Positions 44,647 through 49,641 of a stretch of 49,641 nucleotides of DNA are shown here, one piece after another. The notes under the pieces were generated by a model that was given only the letters and a program-made list of their open reading frames with translations, was not told the DNA's origin and did no database searches. A program made the translations under genes and the position numbers. The first letter of the stretch is position 1. Each line of letters starts with the position of its first letter. The DNA is from an uncultured Methanosarcinales archaeon (GTDB taxonomy: Archaea > Nanobdellota > Nanobdellia > Woesearchaeales > JAGLXL01), in the NCBI GenBank assembly GCA_964472345.1, contig CAYYLB010000001.1, forward strand, positions 1-49,641. The letters are read 5' to 3'.

Positions 44647-45456
44647 TTATACAAAAGGTCTTCCTATTTCGTTTAATTTATCCTTAGGAACTAGGTTATA
44701 TTTTTTTGTTGGACTCTTTGAATTAAGTACAGCCCAACGACCGCTTTCTCCATTAAAAACAAGAGTAGTGTCATGAGAAGTAATTCCATTATTAGATGAA
44801 ACGCTAGTAACTCCAATATAACCGGGTAAACCTAAATTAAACAATATCTGTCTGATCATACGACCAGCATCAGTACAAACACCATCAATAGTCTCATCTC
44901 CATTAAGTGAATAACCACCCATTGCTGAATCGAATAATGGATCTCCTTCTCTTACCCCAGTACGATTTGAAAACTCATTAAAGTCGTATGCGACTGAAGC
45001 ATTGACTATCCGACCGACTGATTCTAAAAGGTCATTTAAGTTATACTGTCCTGAGCCAAGAATCTGCTCGTACAGTTTGCTAGATTTTTCTGAAAGATTA
45101 AGTCCTGTTACTTCTTGCGGATTTATCTCAACAACTTCATCAGGACTGAAACCATACAAATCCCGATCTAAAGCTAGATACATACGGCGATCACTAGCGA
45201 ACTTTAAAGATAATGAATCAGGTTTCACCTCAAAAAAGAAGTATACCCTAACATTGGGTAGTGTGGGTTGTTTTCCTCTCCTCTTAAAACCTCCACCCGG
45301 AATACCCTTTTTGGGACCATGCTGATATCCGATTACTCGCTCTGCTAGGTTCTCAGGTAGGATATTTGAGCCTCTTACAGGATCCAAAAAAGTTGTTGTC
45401 CTATAATTACCAAGAACGAGATCCAATGATCCTGGAGTCTCTTTTATTAAGGTCAT
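44647..45456 (-). CDS. transglutaminase-like / papain-fold cysteine peptidase-like protein
   Basis: DGVCTDAGRMIRQILFNLGLPGYIGV (Cys motif) and TSHDTTLVFNGESGRWAVLNS (His motif, then an Asp/Asn position). AT-rich gene. ATATTTAAATATT box about 32 nt upstream. Confidence 0.55.
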   Translation of the reverse strand: MTLIKETPGSLDLVLGNYRTTTFLDPVRGSNILPENLAERVIGYQHGPKKGIPGGGFKRRGKQPTLPNVRVYFFFEVKPDSLSLKFASDRRMYLALDRDLYGFSPDEVVEINPQEVTGLNLSEKSSKLYEQILGSGQYNLNDLLESVGRIVNASVAYDFNEFSNRTGVREGDPLFDSAMGGYSLNGDETIDGVCTDAGRMIRQILFNLGLPGYIGVTSVSSNNGITSHDTTLVFNGESGRWAVLNSKSPTKKYNLVPKDKLNEIGRPFV

Positions 45457-45687
45457 AGAAAAAAATAAGCAGAACTAATATTTAAATATTTCTATTTTTA
45501 ATCACTATTTAGTGACAAGATTACAATTGCCCCGATCGAGTAACTATAAAGCCGACCTAACTTCTTGAGTATATACTTCAGCACCGAAATCTTTATGTAT
45601 TTTTAGGATATCCTTAGAGCCTATCCCAATTGGCAGACGAGCCGGTTGGTGCTCCGTCCGGTGTCTGGTGAGTTGGAAAGGTCTATT

Positions 45688-45999
45688 TCACCGCTTCACA
45701 AAATTCTCGTTGATGAACTCCGCCAGCTCGTGGTCGCCGATGCGCTCGAAGATGAGCGCGGCTTTCCTGTAGTCACGCAGCTCAACGCACTGCTCCGCGA
45801 CCGGCCGCAGCATGTCCGCGAACCGCCTGGCATCGACGTGCTCGATGATCTCCACCGCCTCGCTTGCCTTGCCCTGGCGCAGCAGCACCTCGACCACTTC
45901 CTGCAGGATGCCTTTTCGCTCGAGCTCGGAGAACATCGACAGGTTGACCTGCTTGACGCCCTTCTGGACGATCAGCTTGACGAGCGCCTCGCGGTCCAT
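45688..45999 (-). CDS. hypothetical protein, 103 aa (helical)
   Basis: GCATATAAGC box about 30 nt upstream of the ATG. No motif recognised. Confidence 0.55.
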   Translation of the reverse strand: MDREALVKLIVQKGVKQVNLSMFSELERKGILQEVVEVLLRQGKASEAVEIIEHVDARRFADMLRPVAEQCVELRDYRKAALIFERIGDHELAEFINENFVKR

Positions 46000-46168
46000 G
46001 GCAGCCTCCGGGAAGCGTGCGCTTATATGCTTTTCGCGGCTTGAGAACGTGTCATGAAAGCGGCACTGTCGAAGGTTCCCGGGGTGGTCACGATACGCAA
46101 GAATATAAATCTTTAAAAAGCTCGCTGCTCTATATCTTCTATACGAAGACTTTTAAACGGGGTCCTGA

Positions 46169-48001
46169 ATGAGGCAGACAGCAGTTCCGAGTTTGGAGAG
46201 GTTTAGAGACTATCTCAAGGATATGAATACCCTCCCGGAAGGTGCCTCTCGTGGAGAAGATGGAAGAATCACAATCACCGATGGAAAGGCGCTGGAAGCG
46301 GTACATAAGCATATTACTGACAAGTTTGCTGGGCTTCCTGATGATCAGCGTTACCTTGTTGGCCTGCTTGCGGCCGCTGCACAAAGCGAAGGGCACCAGC
46401 CATCGCGTGAGGAGCTGGACACGGTGCTCGGCGAGAGATCCGGCAACGGTGGGTTGGAAGCCATGATCGCTGCTGCAAGGAATGCCGGGTTCAGGATCGG
46501 AACGCAAGGAGAGCAAGGTTTGCTCGCGCTTCACCGATTAGAAGCGGATATGATCTACGCTGGGCTGCCGGAGAACAACCCGTCACAACAGCCTGATAGG
46601 TATCGGCTCCACGGGGCGCTCGCAATGGCTATCTTTAGGCATCAAGTTAAAGATAACATTCCAGTCACCCCGGAAGTCACTGTCGCGCTCGCCGACCACT
46701 GGGAGTTTACTGCCCTGCAGACGCTGTGGTATCTTGGTGATGGAAAGCCGAGAAGCGCGAGCAAAACTCCAGAATCCCGCGGTGCGGTGAAGCTGACGCT
46801 CGACTACCTCAATGAGGCATGGAAATTCGCCTTTCGTGAAGGAAGCAGGCCTTCTCTTGAATTGATGAAGGAGTACGGTGAACGTGCCTTGCGCCTGATC
46901 GAGCTCGCCAAAGAGAATATTACTGGTATTGATCACGGTCTGGCGATGTACGAGGGCATCTTTCTGAATACCATTGCGCTTGCATGCTATAATCTGTTTG
47001 ATAGTAAAGAAGCGGTGCCTTTTGCACAAAAAGCGCTTCAAAAAGCCATAGCCGGTTACGCTCACTGGGAGTCTGAGGGGAAACGGGGGCTGGAACCTGC
47101 GGTGGCAGTAAAGGGGTCCCTTGCGTACCTCGACATCCAAGCGGACGCGCTCGCGCTGCAGACGTACGTGCTTGCGCGCCTTGGCGATGAGCGTGGAGCA
47201 AAAAAGCACGAGAATGAAGCAATAACTGTGCTTGAAGGGATGCGCACCATTGCGGAGGCCATAAGTGATGATAGTGAACATTTATCTTATGTTGGAAGGG
47301 GCGGACTCCTTGAGAGAAGGCGTGCCGCGATGCTCACCAATCTCGGGCTTATTGCCTATCATCACGGTGAAACGGCCGTTGCGAGGGATCGGCTGAGACT
47401 TGCTCTCTCCAGTTTTGGTGTGAGCTATGATGGCGCTCGGCTTCTTGCTGACAACACAAACACACCATTCGAGCCAGATAAAGTTGCTGGTGCTGCTCTT
47501 CGTCCATTGAGCCAGACGCTGATGTGGCTCATCGATGCTTTGCTGGATGGGGAAGACGGCGAAAAGAACGCTGCTGGCGCTCGTCAGCTCATCGGCGTTT
47601 CTCGGCAGCTCCATCAGAGGGTTGGAGCGGGTGCTCCCTACCAGCAGCGGGCTGATGTTCAGGAGGCTCGGGTTTGCATAGCCGAAGGGAATTATGCAAA
47701 AGCATTGGAACTCGCTCAAGGCGTTGCGGGTTCTGGCGGAGAAATTCAACCGCCCTACCATGACCCGCTTCTTGCATTTGACGCAGCCGCCGTTTTGGTG
47801 GAAGCCCGATACATGAGGGGTATAAAAGATGGAGCGCAACCGGACCTTTCACCGATGAACAACGCAGCAGATGGCGTACGCCTTGCGCTGGGGCATCTTC
47901 CCGGGCGGGTTGCGCAAAGCTACGCAAGGCTCTGCACAATCGTCGCAACAAAAAATGTAAATCTCGTAAAACTGGCTTTTGAGGGAGGTTTTTCGTCATG
48001 A
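46169..48001 (+). CDS. 610-aa protein with TPR-like helical repeats
   Basis: The C-terminal 350 aa show repeated A/L/G-rich helix pairs, for example NLGLIAYHHGETAVARDRLRLAL and AEGNYAKALELAQGV. ACTTTTAAACGG box upstream. Confidence 0.7.
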   Translation: MRQTAVPSLERFRDYLKDMNTLPEGASRGEDGRITITDGKALEAVHKHITDKFAGLPDDQRYLVGLLAAAAQSEGHQPSREELDTVLGERSGNGGLEAMIAAARNAGFRIGTQGEQGLLALHRLEADMIYAGLPENNPSQQPDRYRLHGALAMAIFRHQVKDNIPVTPEVTVALADHWEFTALQTLWYLGDGKPRSASKTPESRGAVKLTLDYLNEAWKFAFREGSRPSLELMKEYGERALRLIELAKENITGIDHGLAMYEGIFLNTIALACYNLFDSKEAVPFAQKALQKAIAGYAHWESEGKRGLEPAVAVKGSLAYLDIQADALALQTYVLARLGDERGAKKHENEAITVLEGMRTIAEAISDDSEHLSYVGRGGLLERRRAAMLTNLGLIAYHHGETAVARDRLRLALSSFGVSYDGARLLADNTNTPFEPDKVAGAALRPLSQTLMWLIDALLDGEDGEKNAAGARQLIGVSRQLHQRVGAGAPYQQRADVQEARVCIAEGNYAKALELAQGVAGSGGEIQPPYHDPLLAFDAAAVLVEARYMRGIKDGAQPDLSPMNNAADGVRLALGHLPGRVAQSYARLCTIVATKNVNLVKLAFEGGFSS

Positions 48002-49029
48002 AACTATCAAAGCTCGTTCGCGGATTCTTCATAGGGATTGTTATCCTGCTGGCACTCCAGGCAGCAGCTGCCCAACCTAGTGGCGGCGATGACGATCCCA
48101 TCGATCCCCCGCTGTTGATCCCTCCGAAGGACATTGACATCAACTGCGACGCAAATCCTGACATCAAGATCAACCCCGAAGGCATCATTATCCTCTTAGG
48201 AAAGCAGGCGGGGCGCATCGTCCTTGCCCCAGCTTCGTACGAGTGCGGGAGCCAGCAGTCAACCGTCCAAGGAGATAGCTCATTCTTCATCACCCAGCAA
48301 ACAGCCGATGACGAGTTCGGCACCGTGTTTGAAACATTCCGCATTGCGAAGGACGGCGCGCTGGCCGTCGAGCTCTGCGTCGAAACTGATGCAGCCGGCG
48401 ACACGGAAGTTCGCACGAAAACCGCGACGTCCGACACCACGACATCCAACGGTGGCGACAGCAGCACCGTCTCATTGCGGAGCGTGACAACAACAGTGGG
48501 GGAAACCTCCATCACCAGCGGGACGTCGGATTTCTATGGTACGGACGGAGCGACAATCACCTATGAGGACGGGAGCGTGCTGGTCAAGGCTGACGCTTCG
48601 CAGCCCGAGCTAACCGCGTACACTGCCCCTGTCACTGCGAAGACTGCTGATACGGAAACAAGCCTTGCCGCCGGTACTGGCACTGTAACAGAATATGACA
48701 CTGTTGTGCTGTCTACCACCCCGGACAGGCCCTCAACGACACCGGCGCGAAGAAACGAGGGCACAAACACTCTGTCCTGCACGACTATCTTGGAAACATC
48801 TCCACAGCAGCAGTACACTGCCCTCCTCAGTGCGTGGTCGAAAGGCGCGGTCCAGAAAGGCCCGAAGCAGCCGTTTGCCATCATCAAGAATCACTACGTT
48901 CCGACTTCGACAACACTGAAGGCGCCAAACGGAAACAGGAACATCTACCATAACAAAGACTGGAGCATAACGGTGGAACGCTGTGGGCTCGGGCAGGACT
49001 GCAGAGAAAAGACGATCCGCTACGGATAG
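47998..49029 (+). CDS. secreted or membrane-anchored Thr-rich protein, 343 aa
   Basis: The ATG overlaps the stop of the TPR gene (ATGA). N-terminal hydrophobic segment FFIGIVILLALQAAAAQP. The middle is T/S-rich. Confidence 0.7.
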   Translation: MKLSKLVRGFFIGIVILLALQAAAAQPSGGDDDPIDPPLLIPPKDIDINCDANPDIKINPEGIIILLGKQAGRIVLAPASYECGSQQSTVQGDSSFFITQQTADDEFGTVFETFRIAKDGALAVELCVETDAAGDTEVRTKTATSDTTTSNGGDSSTVSLRSVTTTVGETSITSGTSDFYGTDGATITYEDGSVLVKADASQPELTAYTAPVTAKTADTETSLAAGTGTVTEYDTVVLSTTPDRPSTTPARRNEGTNTLSCTTILETSPQQQYTALLSAWSKGAVQKGPKQPFAIIKNHYVPTSTTLKAPNGNRNIYHNKDWSITVERCGLGQDCREKTIRYG

Positions 49030-49073
49030 CTGCTCACGTCCGCCGCAGCGGCGCTATGCCCGGCCTGGAGAGC

Positions 49074-49641
49074 TCATAGGGGTGCTTCCCTCCACGGACC
49101 GGCCATTTTTCGGTGGATTTTGCTGAGGGGTGGATTTCCCTGAAGCTCACATGCCTTTTGAAAATGGTATTCATGGATTGTTGCGATTGCTGCGAGTAAT
49201 TTTTCTGCGGTGAGGTTCGCTTTGCGGTCTGCTGGTAGGTAGAGCGTTCCCAACCCTTCATAAAACTCCCTGTTGTTGATCTTGGGGTCGGAATCGATGA
49301 TGATAGGGATAATGACGGGATTTCCCGCATGTTGTTCCTTATTTTGTTGTCCATCCGCAGCTGTCGCGCGACTGATAACTAAATTGTTGTGCCCATTGAG
49401 TTTGCCAAAGAATTCCTCCGCCCCGTTCTGTTCCTGAAAGATCCCCGGCGGATCGAGGAGAATGACATAGAGCTGCCCGCCTCCCTCCTTTAGTGGCTGC
49501 TGGAGTATCCACTCGAGCGCATCTGCCGCAGTTTTGTATGCGCTATCGGGAACCTGGATACCATACTGCCTGAGCGGCTCAAGTGCCGCCTTATATTCTC
49601 CATATCGCGAAGGGTCGTCTGTCGCCGTGAGGACAGCGCAA
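49074..49641 (-). CDS. partial ORF running off the window (C-terminal 188 codons), hypothetical
   Basis: Hand translation of the minus strand gives an open frame from the window edge to TGA at 49074-49076 (...LYVILLDPPGIFQEQNG...PVIIPIIIDSDPK...). It is missing from the track because its start lies outside the window. Confidence 0.5.
   Translation of the reverse strand, partial: CAVLTATDDPSRYGEYKAALEPLRQYGIQVPDSAYKTAADALEWILQQPLKEGGGQLYVILLDPPGIFQEQNGAEEFFGKLNGHNNLVISRATAADGQQNKEQHAGNPVIIPIIIDSDPKINNREFYEGLGTLYLPADRKANLTAEKLLAAIATIHEYHFQKACELQGNPPLSKIHRKMAGPWREAPL

Noticed and set aside
49034-49354. 106-aa minus-strand track ORF.
   Set aside because: A different minus-strand frame is open for the whole 568 nt to the window edge and gives a more protein-like sequence.

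Overview
Archaeal chromosomal segment. Evidence for archaeal origin: thermosome, RNA polymerase subunit L/Rpo11, ribosomal protein eS1 (S3Ae), archaeal-type IleRS, class II ribonucleotide reductase, Lrp/AsnC regulators, a class-III-signal-peptide pilin-like protein, and TATA-like boxes about 25-30 nt upstream of many ATGs (leaderless-type promoters). I used those boxes to refine several start codons. The background is GC-rich, so long antisense ORFs are common and were rejected. Several blocks are visibly AT-richer: 6.1-10.7 kb, 17.0-19.6 kb, 42.1-43.1 kb and 44.5-45.7 kb. I support about 55 CDS. By eye I found no rRNA, tRNA or CRISPR array. Housekeeping genes (ileS, gyrB, rps3ae, ths, rpoL, nrdJ, nnrD, rdgB, mpg) are interspersed with five toxin-antitoxin-type loci and many orphan genes. 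The most interesting observations are as follows. (1) Two independent small cargo insertions are each bracketed by direct repeats that duplicate the 3' end of the adjacent housekeeping gene. One is a double TA block at the end of rps3ae; the other is a UPF0175 gene at the end of nnrD. Neither carries a recombinase, which suggests an undescribed route for TA-cassette insertion. (2) A 1002-aa orphan protein has its own leaderless promoter and a tentative RuvC/RNase H-like motif set. (3) A minus-strand block encodes a membrane-anchored wHTH protein, a coiled-coil protein, a kinase-like protein and a HAD-like protein. (4) A MITE-like element has 16-bp inverted termini and a 7-bp flanking duplication. 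(5) A MetE-like methyltransferase is split into two genes. (6) AT-rich islets carry Bro-N/DinD-like and transglutaminase-like genes, followed by a TPR protein translationally coupled to a secreted Thr-rich protein. All functional calls come from motif recognition by eye; no database search was run.
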